From: an uncultured bacterium | Lineage (GTDB): Bacteria > Actinomycetota > Acidimicrobiia > Spongiisociales > UBA5794 | Length of the DNA: 44,769 bases | NCBI GenBank assembly: GCA_965368515.1 | Contig: CBDUNF010000003.1 | Coordinates: 1 to 44,769 of the forward strand | Direction of reading: 5' to 3' | In this document: piece by piece, positions 1 through 9,302 of the stretch | How the letters are laid out: the number at the start of each line of letters is the position of its first letter | Position numbering within the stretch: position 1 is the stretch's first letter | Translations under genes and position numbers: made by a program | The notes under the pieces: model-generated | What the model saw: only the letters and a program-made list of their open reading frames with translations | Databases searched by the model: none | What the model was told of the DNA's origin: nothing

Positions 1-833
1 ATCCCCCGAGCGGCGAGCTCGTCTGCCTGGGCGTCGGTTTCCAGCTGGTTGTTGGCGGAGCCGACGACAGCCTGGCATTGCAGACGGGGAACTGTGGCCG
101 AGTTGATTGAACCACCCATGGCGCACGGCGCGAAAATGTCGCACTCGACGTCGAAGATCTCGTCGATGCTCACGGCAACTGATCCGTGTCGGGCCGCCAT
201 TGCGTTGACTGCGTCGATGTTGACGTCCGAGACGATGGTCTTTGCTCCCGCGTTGGTGAGCCGCTCGACGAGGCTCGAACCGACCTTGCCGACACCTTGA
301 ACCGCCACCGTTCGGTCTGCGAGGTCATCGGTGCCCCACAGGTGCTCGGAGACCGCCCGCATTGCGGCGATTACGCCACGGGCAGTGGCCGGAGAGGGAT
401 CTCCTGATCCGCCGTGAGCCTCAGGTAAACCGGTGACCCATTTCGTCTCGGTAGCGATAGCCACCATGTCTGCGGTTGTGGTTCCGACATCTTCGGCCGT
501 TACATACCGGCCACCGAGCGAATCCACGACTCGTCCGAAGGCCCGCAGCAGTCGTTCGCTCCTCATTGTGGCCGGGTCGCCGATGATCACGGCCTTGCCG
601 CCACCGAGCTCGAGTCCGGCTGCCGCCGACTTGTAGGTCATGCCCTTCGAGAGCCTGAGAACGTCGCGCAAAGCGGCTTCCTCCGATGCGTAGGCAAAAA
701 AACGGGTCCCGCCGAGGGCGGGACCGAGTGCCGTGGAGTGGATCGCGATAATCGCCTTCAAGCCCGATATCGGATCATGACCGTATAGAACCTCTTCGTG
801 GGTGTCGGCGGCTATCGCCTCGAATACTCCCAA
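1..833 (-). CDS. Glu/Leu/Phe/Val dehydrogenase (leucine/valine dehydrogenase type); 3' end runs off the window
   Basis: Not in the ORF track because it has no stop in the window. Manual minus-strand translation from TTG at 833 gives MGVFEAIAADTHEEVLYGHDPISGLKAIIAIHSTALGPALGGTRFFAY, the typical Leu/Val dehydrogenase N-terminus. AAAGGA SD at 841-846 (minus strand). Confidence 0.92.
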   Translation of the reverse strand, partial: MGVFEAIAADTHEEVLYGHDPISGLKAIIAIHSTALGPALGGTRFFAYASEEAALRDVLRLSKGMTYKSAAAGLELGGGKAVIIGDPATMRSERLLRAFGRVVDSLGGRYVTAEDVGTTTADMVAIATETKWVTGLPEAHGGSGDPSPATARGVIAAMRAVSEHLWGTDDLADRTVAVQGVGKVGSSLVERLTNAGAKTIVSDVNIDAVNAMAARHGSVAVSIDEIFDVECDIFAPCAMGGSINSATVPRLQCQAVVGSANNQLETDAQADELAARG

Positions 834-974
834 CGGGTGCTCCTTTCGGACAGCGCACAGCTGACAAACCTGGCCTCTGAGACATCCGAATTCTAGTGGT
901 CTCCTGGCGTTTTGAGCTCCGAGATTGAGTTAGGTGACGTGATCCAGGTCTCGGCCGATCGGTAGGATCACTAC

Positions 975-1727
975 ATGATTCATGCGGCCCAACTGCGTTC
1001 GTATCTCCGCAAAGACAGCCTTCCGGGTTACGAATCGCAAAACGAACATGGTGCGGGACCGCTGCGCGGCAATGAATTCTTCGTGTGGCGAGAGTCGTTC
1101 GACGACGACGCGTTCTTTGTCGACTGGGGCGGTAACGCGTATGTCTGCCCGCGCAACTTCCGGTTGCGAATGCTCGAAGGGATGCTTGCATTCAACAACG
1201 CATTTCCAGACGCAGGACTGATTCCAGAGCACGAGATCGTGAACGCCAGTACCAGTCTCGAAGCTTTACGGGATGGGATCCCGGCAATGCGCTCGTACAT
1301 ACTGACCTCGCCGTGGCACGTGCCGGTTCGCTGGTTTGCGTCGTTCCTTCACGAGGAACGCGAGGTCTACGACATGGGGAGCAGGCTATCGATTCGATAT
1401 CGGGCGCAGATGTCCGACGCCCAGAATCGGGTAGAGCGAGCCACCCAGATCGTGGCGGGCGCCGGTTTCGATTCCGGAATCGTCAGTCAGGTACGCTCGC
1501 TCGCTTCGTGGCTCGATGCGTTTCCGCGAGACGCCATGCTCGAGCTCGACTACGGGTCAGTTGCCAATCTCTTCGCTGAGGGTGATCTAGTGCTGGACGA
1601 ATCCGCCGCCGACGTTGCCGCGAGCCTGCTGGCGCTAGAGCACGGCGACCTGGAGCAGGCAGGCACCCACTACGAGGTTCTGTTGCGTCGCTGGGGGCGG
1701 GCGCAAGCCCTTGCGTTTTCGAACTAG
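975..1727 (+). CDS. Conserved actinobacterial hypothetical protein, divergent from the amino acid dehydrogenase
   Basis: 250 aa ORF with WHVPVRWF, LELDYG and DxSAADV...RW...SN motifs. From memory these match the uncharacterised protein next to vdh in Streptomyces. TAGGAT -10 element ends 6 nt before the ATG. Confidence 0.75.
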   Translation: MIHAAQLRSYLRKDSLPGYESQNEHGAGPLRGNEFFVWRESFDDDAFFVDWGGNAYVCPRNFRLRMLEGMLAFNNAFPDAGLIPEHEIVNASTSLEALRDGIPAMRSYILTSPWHVPVRWFASFLHEEREVYDMGSRLSIRYRAQMSDAQNRVERATQIVAGAGFDSGIVSQVRSLASWLDAFPRDAMLELDYGSVANLFAEGDLVLDESAADVAASLLALEHGDLEQAGTHYEVLLRRWGRAQALAFSN

Positions 1728-1758
1728 CAGCCGTTCAGTCCCGCTACGCTCGCCACTG

Positions 1759-4524
1759 ATGACCTCACCACCTGATTCGACAACCGCTCTGAGATCAGAG
1801 ATCCGGCTATTGGGCAACCTGCTCGGCCAGACCCTGGTCAGGCAAGAAGGACCGAAGCTGCTCGAACTCGTCGAGCAGGTGCGCGCTTTGGTCAAAAGCG
1901 TCCGCAGCGCCGAGAAGGATGGCGACACCGCCCAAGGGCGGGCGGAACTACTCGAACTGCTTGGCGATCTCGATCTGAAGACGATCATCTCGCTTGTTCG
2001 CGCATTCACCACCTACTTCTATCTGGCCAATGTGGCCGAGCAGACACACCGGCTCGACAATCAATCGATGCGCCGCAGCCAGCATGACGGTCTGCTGGCT
2101 GGAACGATCGATCGTGTGATCGCGGAGTCAGTGCCGACCGAACTCATCCAGCAAGTCGCTGCCCGCCTCGACGTGCGGCCGGTCTTCACCGCTCATCCCA
2201 CCGAAGCTGCCCGACGGTCGATTCGCACCAAGATCGTGCGATTGGCCGGGCTGCTCGAGCAGCGAGCCGACCCTCGACTGAGCGAGTCGGCTATGGCGCG
2301 CACCGAGCGGCAGGTCGCCGAACTGATTGATCTGATCTGGCAAACCGACGAATTGCGGCGGGAGAAACCCACACCAATTGACGAGGCTCGCACGGTCGTT
2401 GACTACTTCGACCAAATCTTCAGAGAGGTCGCCCCGGATCTGTTTGATGAGCTCGAGTTTCAACTGCAGCGCGCCGGCGCCACTATCGAGCTCAATGCCA
2501 GGCCGCTCCACTTCGGTACCTGGGTCGGCGGAGACAGGGACGGGAACCCCAACGTCACCGCGGAGACAACGCTGACTGTGCTTGGCGCCCAGCACGAGCA
2601 TGCCTTGCGGTCGTTGATAGCTGCCGTAGAGGAACTCTCCTCGGAGTTGAGTACTTCGGAGCGTCTCGTTGAGATCAGTGACGAGCTCCGCGCATCGCTG
2701 GACGAGGATGCCAGGATCATGCCTGCCGTGCACCAGCGCTTCAGTCAGTTGTCCGCCGGCGAGGCCTACCGGCAGAAGTGCGCATACATCTATCAGCGGT
2801 TGGTCAACACACGGGTTCGGATCGGCGGTGCCGCTTCGCATCAGCCCGGCCTGGATTACACAACGTCCGATGAGCTTCTCGGCGAGCTGGAGCTGATGTA
2901 CCGGTCGCTGCAACGTGCGCGCGGAGGGCTGATTGCCGATGGGATCCTGAAACGGCTGATCCGAAGGGTCGCGGTATTCGGTTTCCGACTGGCGACCATG
3001 GATGTGCGTGAGCATTCCACCAAGCACCATGATGCTCTCGCCGATTTGTACGAGCGTCTCGGTGAGTCCGACTATGCGGACCTCGACCGCGACGAACGTC
3101 TGGCACGTCTCGATCGTGAACTTGCCGGGCGTCGGCCCCTGGCACCGCTGGTCACCGTGCTGGATGGGGAGCCGGAGAGGACCCTGGACACTTTCCACGG
3201 CATTCGGACCGCGTTGGATCGCTTTGGCGATGACGTCATGGAGAGCTACATCATCTCCGAGACCCGGGGTGCCGACGATGTGTTGGCGGCTGTCGTGCTG
3301 GCGCGCGAGGCAGGTTTGATCGACCTGCATTCGGGCATTGCGCGGATCGGGTTTGTTCCGCTCTTCGAGACGATTGACGAAGTACGCAGCGCCGGTGTTC
3401 TGCTCGAACAGATGTTGTCGAGTCAGGCCTACCGGTCGATCGTCGCCCTCCGCGGAGATATCCAGGAAGTCATGCTGGGGTATTCCGACTCGAGCAAGCA
3501 CGGTGGTCTGGCAACGTCGCAGTGGGAGCTGTACCGCGCATCACGAGACCTACGTGATACCGCCCACCGTCACGGCGTCGAGCTTCGCCTCTTCCATGGC
3601 CGGGGCGGCACAGTTGGGCGCGGCGGTGGACCAACGGGAGAGGCCATCATGGCGCAACCGTGGGGCACGATCGATGGCCGGATCAAGATCACCGAACAGG
3701 GTGAAGTCATCGCCGACAAGTACGGCTTGCCCGAACTTGCCTCGATCAACCTGGAGGTCCAGCTGGCGGCCACTCTCGAGGCCTCACTTCTCCACCGCTC
3801 CTCCCGGCAGCCCGACTCGGTGCTCAATGAGTGGGACCGGGTTATGGACAACATCAGCAATGCTGCGTACACCAAGTACCGCCAACTAATCGAAACGCCC
3901 GACTTGGTCGACTACTTCCGAACCTCGACACCGGTGGAGGAGTTGGGGGCGATGAACATCGGGTCTCGCCCGGCTCGCCGGCCCGGCGGCGGCAACGACA
4001 ATGTTGGTCTCGATGGGCTGCGTGCCATCCCCTGGGTGTTCGGCTGGACGCAGTCCCGCCAAGTTGTGCCCGGATGGTTTGGAGTCGGTAGCGGACTAGC
4101 GGCGGCTCGAGCTGCCGGGGTCGGCGACGCCATGGAGGCCATGTACGAGGAATGGACGTTCTTCAGGGCCTTTGTCTCCAACGTGGAGATGACTCTGTCC
4201 AAGACCGACCTGACCGTCGCCGCCCAGTATGTCGATTCGTTGGTCCACCCCGACCATCGCCACCCATTCGATGTGATTCGTGCCGAGTACGAGTTGACGG
4301 TTACTGAGATCTTACGGATCACCGGGGATGCTGAGCTACTCGACCGCTATCCAGTGTTGCAGAGAACGTTGGCGATTCGCGACACCTATCTCGACCCGAT
4401 CAGCTACCTCCAGGTGGCGCTCCTGGAGCGGTCCCGATCGGGCGAGGATCAGGATCCCGACCTGCGCCGAGCCCTGCTGCTGACGGTCAACGGCCTGGCA
4501 GCGGGCCTCCGCAATACCGGCTGA
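1759..4524 (+). CDS. ppc: Phosphoenolpyruvate carboxylase
   Basis: Motifs VFTAHPTE, WVGGDRDGNP, QEVMLGYSDSSKHGG, FHGRGGTVGRGGGP, LRAIPWVFGWTQSR and C-terminal AGLRNTG. Start moved from 1711 to the ATG at 1759. Confidence 0.98.
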   Translation: MTSPPDSTTALRSEIRLLGNLLGQTLVRQEGPKLLELVEQVRALVKSVRSAEKDGDTAQGRAELLELLGDLDLKTIISLVRAFTTYFYLANVAEQTHRLDNQSMRRSQHDGLLAGTIDRVIAESVPTELIQQVAARLDVRPVFTAHPTEAARRSIRTKIVRLAGLLEQRADPRLSESAMARTERQVAELIDLIWQTDELRREKPTPIDEARTVVDYFDQIFREVAPDLFDELEFQLQRAGATIELNARPLHFGTWVGGDRDGNPNVTAETTLTVLGAQHEHALRSLIAAVEELSSELSTSERLVEISDELRASLDEDARIMPAVHQRFSQLSAGEAYRQKCAYIYQRLVNTRVRIGGAASHQPGLDYTTSDELLGELELMYRSLQRARGGLIADGILKRLIRRVAVFGFRLATMDVREHSTKHHDALADLYERLGESDYADLDRDERLARLDRELAGRRPLAPLVTVLDGEPERTLDTFHGIRTALDRFGDDVMESYIISETRGADDVLAAVVLAREAGLIDLHSGIARIGFVPLFETIDEVRSAGVLLEQMLSSQAYRSIVALRGDIQEVMLGYSDSSKHGGLATSQWELYRASRDLRDTAHRHGVELRLFHGRGGTVGRGGGPTGEAIMAQPWGTIDGRIKITEQGEVIADKYGLPELASINLEVQLAATLEASLLHRSSRQPDSVLNEWDRVMDNISNAAYTKYRQLIETPDLVDYFRTSTPVEELGAMNIGSRPARRPGGGNDNVGLDGLRAIPWVFGWTQSRQVVPGWFGVGSGLAAARAAGVGDAMEAMYEEWTFFRAFVSNVEMTLSKTDLTVAAQYVDSLVHPDHRHPFDVIRAEYELTVTEILRITGDAELLDRYPVLQRTLAIRDTYLDPISYLQVALLERSRSGEDQDPDLRRALLLTVNGLAAGLRNTG

Positions 4525-4657
4525 TTCCTTCTCTGACTCAGCGTTCGGCACCTCGGTGACCTGCAGTGGGCCGATGGCTACTCAATGTGGTCGTGAGGCC
4601 CGGAGCGGCAGGGTCAAGACCCTTAGAGTTCATACCCGACGGACGTCGTGGTGGGAC

Positions 4658-6211
4658 ATGCTGATTGATCTTGGAGTTGCCCGAACGGCACCCGGCGGGG
4701 TGCCCTCTGAGTGGGCGAGGCACATAGCAAAGACCGACAACGGTTTCCGTATTTGTGGCGACCACACCGCGGCTACTGAAGTCTTCGTTTACTGCCATGG
4801 GGGATTGGCGCTGGTCGCTGATCGACTCGAAGAACTTCTCGATCGACTCAGCGACTTGGCGATCGTGCCGCCGCTCAGTTCGTTCGGGATGAGCGCTCTG
4901 CTTCACCACGGTCTGATCCCTCCGCCGCACACCGAATTCAGGGACGTCTTTTCGCTCACTATGGGTGACATCTTGACGCTTACGTGGTCGGGCGAGGTCC
5001 CGACCGTGGATCTTGACTGTGACTACCCGTGGTTCTCCGATCGGTCAACCGAATCGAGCACTCCCAGCGACGCCACGCTCTTCGACCTAATCGTCCGGGC
5101 AACTGATCAAGCGGTTGCGGCCGAGGGCGGCGAGGGGTTCCTGATGTTGAGTTCGGGCAAGGACTCGGCTGCAATCGCATTGGCCCTGGCCGCAGCAGGA
5201 CACTCCCACATCCCGTGCGTCACTTATAGCTCCGGGCCCGATGACCCTGAGCCGCTGATAGCCGCACAGATTTGCAGCCGCCTCGGGCTCGAGCACCGGG
5301 TTGTTGAGCTACCGAACAACTCAGACAGCGTCACTGCAGCGCTCACTCAGTTCTTTGCCGCATCGCCCGTGCCGGGAACTGACCTGGCGCAGATCCCCTA
5401 CGTGCTGGCAACGGCCGGCGCCAGGTCGGCCGGTGGTGTCGCCATCGACGGCGGCGGCAACGACTCGTATATGGGCTTTCCGGTGACAGGCAAGTGGACC
5501 GCCAAGACTCGTCTTCGAATCAGGGGTGACTCGTTGATCGACTTTGCCCAGAGGCGTGTTGCCGTGGATTCCCCTGTCAACTACGTCGCCCGTAGTCGGA
5601 CGGAGACCTTCCTGTCGGGTCGAATGATCCGGTTTCACGAAAGCCGGAGCTTCTTCCCCGAGGCCGTCGACACGAGAGCGTTCTGGTCCGAGCTCTCCGA
5701 AGCAACCAAGGGCCTGAGCATTTTCGACCTCTATGCGTTGGGCGAGCGATACATAACCCCGCCCTCGTCTATGAAGAAACACGTCTTGTCCGCTCGTGCC
5801 ATCGGCTACGAGCCCTCTGTGCCGTGGTGCAACCACGGTCTCGCCGACTACTTCTTCAATCTCCCAGAGGAATACCGCTTCGATAGGAAGCGGGGAGTCA
5901 ACAAGGTGTTGCTGCGGAGCATGTTGTTGCGTTACCTCGACTACGACGCCGACAAGATCGGCAAGCACTATTTCGCTTTCGATGGCGCACGGTTTGTCGT
6001 GGAGAACATGGACTTGGTTCGGGCTGAGATCAACCAGTGTGCGCTATGGGATCACGACGGTCTGAGCACTGTCCACGGCTGGCTCGGCCAGATCGAGAGC
6101 CGGCCACTGCTGTACCACGCGATCCTGACAGTGTTCATGGTGTCCGGTTGGCACAACCACAGCCGGTTCGTCAAGGCTTCGCCCGGGATCGCTGATGTCC
6201 CCTGGTCCTGA
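4658..6211 (+). CDS. Asparagine synthetase-like protein (ATP-pyrophosphatase domain with degenerate glutaminase domain)
   Basis: PP-loop LMLSSGKDS, DGGGNDSYMG (GxGxDE-like) and NKVLLR. No N-terminal Cys nucleophile. Start uncertain (4556 or 4658). Confidence 0.8.
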   Translation: MLIDLGVARTAPGGVPSEWARHIAKTDNGFRICGDHTAATEVFVYCHGGLALVADRLEELLDRLSDLAIVPPLSSFGMSALLHHGLIPPPHTEFRDVFSLTMGDILTLTWSGEVPTVDLDCDYPWFSDRSTESSTPSDATLFDLIVRATDQAVAAEGGEGFLMLSSGKDSAAIALALAAAGHSHIPCVTYSSGPDDPEPLIAAQICSRLGLEHRVVELPNNSDSVTAALTQFFAASPVPGTDLAQIPYVLATAGARSAGGVAIDGGGNDSYMGFPVTGKWTAKTRLRIRGDSLIDFAQRRVAVDSPVNYVARSRTETFLSGRMIRFHESRSFFPEAVDTRAFWSELSEATKGLSIFDLYALGERYITPPSSMKKHVLSARAIGYEPSVPWCNHGLADYFFNLPEEYRFDRKRGVNKVLLRSMLLRYLDYDADKIGKHYFAFDGARFVVENMDLVRAEINQCALWDHDGLSTVHGWLGQIESRPLLYHAILTVFMVSGWHNHSRFVKASPGIADVPWS

Positions 6212-7910
6212 CGGCACTCCGGCACTCACCGCCTCGTTCACCCATCCCGAGATGAGGCAGCGTCCGGGGCCCGCCGGTGTTTGGTTTGGCGTCGGACTCG
6301 CCGCTCACGATCTTGACCTTCTGGCCGACGCCGCCAACCCCCGCGATGCCGGGGACCGAGCAGTCCATCGCAATAGGGACGCCAGCGTTGTCTTCGTGGC
6401 GATCGCTGACGGTACCGCCACGAGACTGATTGCCTGGAAAGGGCTGTTGTCGATAAGCGAGATCTTCTATGCGGCGACACCCGATGGCGGTTGGTATCTG
6501 ACGGACCACTTCCGGAACGCCGTCGCGATGATTCCCGCATCCGAACGCCAGATGTCTGACGAGGCGCTGCTGCAGCACTACATCGGCGCTGCTGTCTACG
6601 ACCGGGTCACCTACTCGCGCGGGGTCGCACGGCTTGCTAACGGCGATCGTCTCGATCTCGACCTCGCTACCGGAGCGACGGTGGTTGCCAACTTCAGCCG
6701 ACATGTTTCAACGGCGACCGATGAGCCGCTGGAGAGACATCTCGATCGGCTCGACGGAGCGTTTGAGGACGTCACCGGCCCGTTGCAGTCGATCGCCGAT
6801 CTCGGCATCGGGTTCTCCGGTGGAGTCGATTCAACGCTGCTACTCAGCTATCTGGGCGATCACGGGACACCGATCACGATCATCCCCGGTAGCCCTGAGT
6901 TCGATGCTGAAACCGGCTACGCCAGACAAGCAGCGAACCTCATGGGCAGGGTCGCCGCGGAGGTGCGCCTCGACGAGGCCGGCTACCACGACCGTCTCGC
7001 AGACAACATCGAAACGCTTGGCATGCCCGTGGAGAGCTATGTGACTCCGGTGTTGGCGAGTCTCTATGAGTATCCGTCGTCTGTGTTCATGGTCGGGGAC
7101 GGCGCCGACAGCATCTTTGGGTCGGGCCGAGGTATCCGGAGAATTGCCTCGGTGTTGGCCGGCCGACGGGGACGGGGGATGTTGCGTGTGCTCGAAAGCG
7201 TTCCCGGGCCAGTGGGCCGAAGGTCAGAGCAGATCGGTGGCTATGCAGCCCTGTTCGCGGAGCCGCCGGATTCTCCCGACGGCTACGCCGGCAGATCGCT
7301 CGAGTATCACGGCGACAACACTCTTGCGTATGAGATGTTCGGAGCGACGGCCGTCACCGACCTTTACCGGCGGCTTCTGCAGGGGGTGAGCGATCGGGTT
7401 GATCTCGAGACGCCCGAGCACGACCACTTCTTCCGGCATATCGAGATGACCCAGTGGCGCTACATCTTTGCGGACTTGGCGATGGTGGGGAATCATGCCG
7501 CCCAGGGTCTGGGCAAATGGCAGGCACAGCCCTTCTCTAGTTGGCGGGTCATTTCGGAGCATCTCAAGGTGCCGGCCCGGCAGCGCTACTACAAGGGCCT
7601 GTCCGGGAAGTGGATGCTCAAGGAACTGCTCACCCGTCGTGTCCCCGAGTACAAGGTGAACAAGCGAAAGCTTGCAACGGCGCTGCCGTTCGCCCGGTAT
7701 TACCGATCCGGACCGCTGTCTGACGTGTGGGATAGGTACGCCATCCCTGAGGCCGTTCCTTCCGCCCTCCACGACTCCGTGGTGGCAACGCCGAGTGCGG
7801 TGACTTGGAAGGCGATAACCCACGCCATCTGGGAGGACCGGGTGGTGTCCAACACGTCGCTACAACCTCACGCGCCGGCTGTGTCTGCAACCTGGCACTT
7901 GCTCGCCTAG
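6195..7910 (+). CDS. Second asparagine synthetase-like protein
   Basis: FSGGVDS PP-loop, VGDGADSIFG and GKWMLKELL. Overlaps the upstream paralog by 17 nt. No N-terminal Cys. Confidence 0.82.
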   Translation: MSPGPDGTPALTASFTHPEMRQRPGPAGVWFGVGLAAHDLDLLADAANPRDAGDRAVHRNRDASVVFVAIADGTATRLIAWKGLLSISEIFYAATPDGGWYLTDHFRNAVAMIPASERQMSDEALLQHYIGAAVYDRVTYSRGVARLANGDRLDLDLATGATVVANFSRHVSTATDEPLERHLDRLDGAFEDVTGPLQSIADLGIGFSGGVDSTLLLSYLGDHGTPITIIPGSPEFDAETGYARQAANLMGRVAAEVRLDEAGYHDRLADNIETLGMPVESYVTPVLASLYEYPSSVFMVGDGADSIFGSGRGIRRIASVLAGRRGRGMLRVLESVPGPVGRRSEQIGGYAALFAEPPDSPDGYAGRSLEYHGDNTLAYEMFGATAVTDLYRRLLQGVSDRVDLETPEHDHFFRHIEMTQWRYIFADLAMVGNHAAQGLGKWQAQPFSSWRVISEHLKVPARQRYYKGLSGKWMLKELLTRRVPEYKVNKRKLATALPFARYYRSGPLSDVWDRYAIPEAVPSALHDSVVATPSAVTWKAITHAIWEDRVVSNTSLQPHAPAVSATWHLLA

Positions 7911-7916
7911 ACGTCG

Positions 7917-9185
7917 TCAGTCGCGATCTTTGTAGTGCTTGACGAGAGTCTCCCGGTACCAAACGACCTGGAAGATATCCCGGATGCCGTTGCCCAGCGG
8001 TCGGGCAAATGCCTCCGTAGCCCTGGCGGTGAACGCGACGATGACCAGAATCGGGCTGGTGGCAATCGCGATGACTGCCATCGCTCTCGCCTTCTGCGCG
8101 CCGAGTAGTTCGTTGACTTCGACGTACATCGCTGTCGAAATCAGGTTTGCGAGGATGGTGACTGCGACCAGGCCCGACACGACGTAGGCGGATGGCACCA
8201 GATACTGCATCGGGTTGAGCGACCACGGAACTGCGGCAGCGGCGATGTAGAGCAGGCCACCGCCGACCATTACCAGCCTGAATACATTTCGGGTGTGGCG
8301 AGCAGCGCTCAGGTTGCGATCCATCGCGGCTTCCATCGCACGCGGTGAGAGGACCGCGGTCAGCCCCGTGGCCAACACCAACACTGGCTGAGCAACGACG
8401 CGGGCTGCCTCGGCGTATCCAAGTGCCTCTGCCCCCGCCAAAGCGGCAATGATTGCCGCGACCGCAAAGTGAGCCACAGATGGGAACGATGCCTGGAGTA
8501 GTAGCCATCGGCCTTCACGCGCCAGCGACCCGATGCGGAGGGGCTCATCGAGAGGTTTCTGATGGTAAACATCACCGAGGACGATGCCAGTGGCGAGAGA
8601 TAAGGCATTGGCGATAGCCAGCGCACCGAACGGCATGACTGCCACCGGGGCATCGACAATCAGCATTACCCCGAGGCTGACCACGACGCCGAGGAACTGC
8701 ACCCCACTTACCGCGGCGGCTTGCCAGGAGAGACCGGCGATATGGAGTAGCCGCCGCATGTGGTCCTGCAGGGGGGAGAGGACGGTCGCGATGGCCGCCG
8801 TGATCGATAGACCCCAGATGACATCGGAGTCGGTCAACGATCTCGCCAGGAGGGCGGCAACGAGGATGGCCAGAGCGCCCACAGCCGAGACCGGGAGACC
8901 TATCCGCAGGGTGTCTCTGGCTCGGCGCATACGATCGACAATCGGGAAGGTGACGGCATTGACCTCGGCCGGGATCAAGATCAGATTCCACGGCAACACC
9001 ACGCCAAGCCCAAAGGCTGTGAAGAAGATCGCATAGACGCCGCGATCGACGTCATTGAACAGGTTGACCGCACTCAACCCCGCAGCAAACGTGGCCAGCG
9101 ACGCAAACCCGGCATCGGCAACGCCGGCGGGCAGCTTCCTTGCCGTCCCGCGGCCGGTCTCAGCCTTGTTGTCTGCCTGGTCCAC
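7917..9185 (-). CDS. Wzx/MOP-superfamily-like polysaccharide flippase or export membrane protein
   Basis: 422 aa with about 12 hydrophobic segments. The N-terminal DAGFASLATF...GVYA and mid-protein ALGYAEAARVVAQP patterns are typical of oligosaccharide flippases. Confidence 0.65.
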   Translation of the reverse strand: MDQADNKAETGRGTARKLPAGVADAGFASLATFAAGLSAVNLFNDVDRGVYAIFFTAFGLGVVLPWNLILIPAEVNAVTFPIVDRMRRARDTLRIGLPVSAVGALAILVAALLARSLTDSDVIWGLSITAAIATVLSPLQDHMRRLLHIAGLSWQAAAVSGVQFLGVVVSLGVMLIVDAPVAVMPFGALAIANALSLATGIVLGDVYHQKPLDEPLRIGSLAREGRWLLLQASFPSVAHFAVAAIIAALAGAEALGYAEAARVVAQPVLVLATGLTAVLSPRAMEAAMDRNLSAARHTRNVFRLVMVGGGLLYIAAAAVPWSLNPMQYLVPSAYVVSGLVAVTILANLISTAMYVEVNELLGAQKARAMAVIAIATSPILVIVAFTARATEAFARPLGNGIRDIFQVVWYRETLVKHYKDRD

Positions 9186-9302
9186 TTGCGTCCCCGTCTC
9201 GTGCAGCGGACGGTGCCGGCCTGCCGCTGGTCAGAGACGCATCGTATCGGCTGCAGCCCGGTGAGGGGCGTAGCGATGCTGCAAAGTCGGCTACGAGCCG
9301 GC

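Noticed and set aside
2128-3501. 457-aa antisense ORF inside ppc (likewise 17706-18797, 40510-41625, 10622-11479, 25189-26202)
   Set aside because: Shadow ORFs opposite well-supported genes. They are expected in high-GC DNA with strong codon bias and show no recognisable motifs.
4525-7910. Lasso peptide or other RiPP cluster suggested by the AsnB-like pair
   Set aside because: No transglutaminase-like B2 peptidase, no PqqD/RRE protein and no short precursor ORF with a YxxP...T-x-G pattern is visible nearby.
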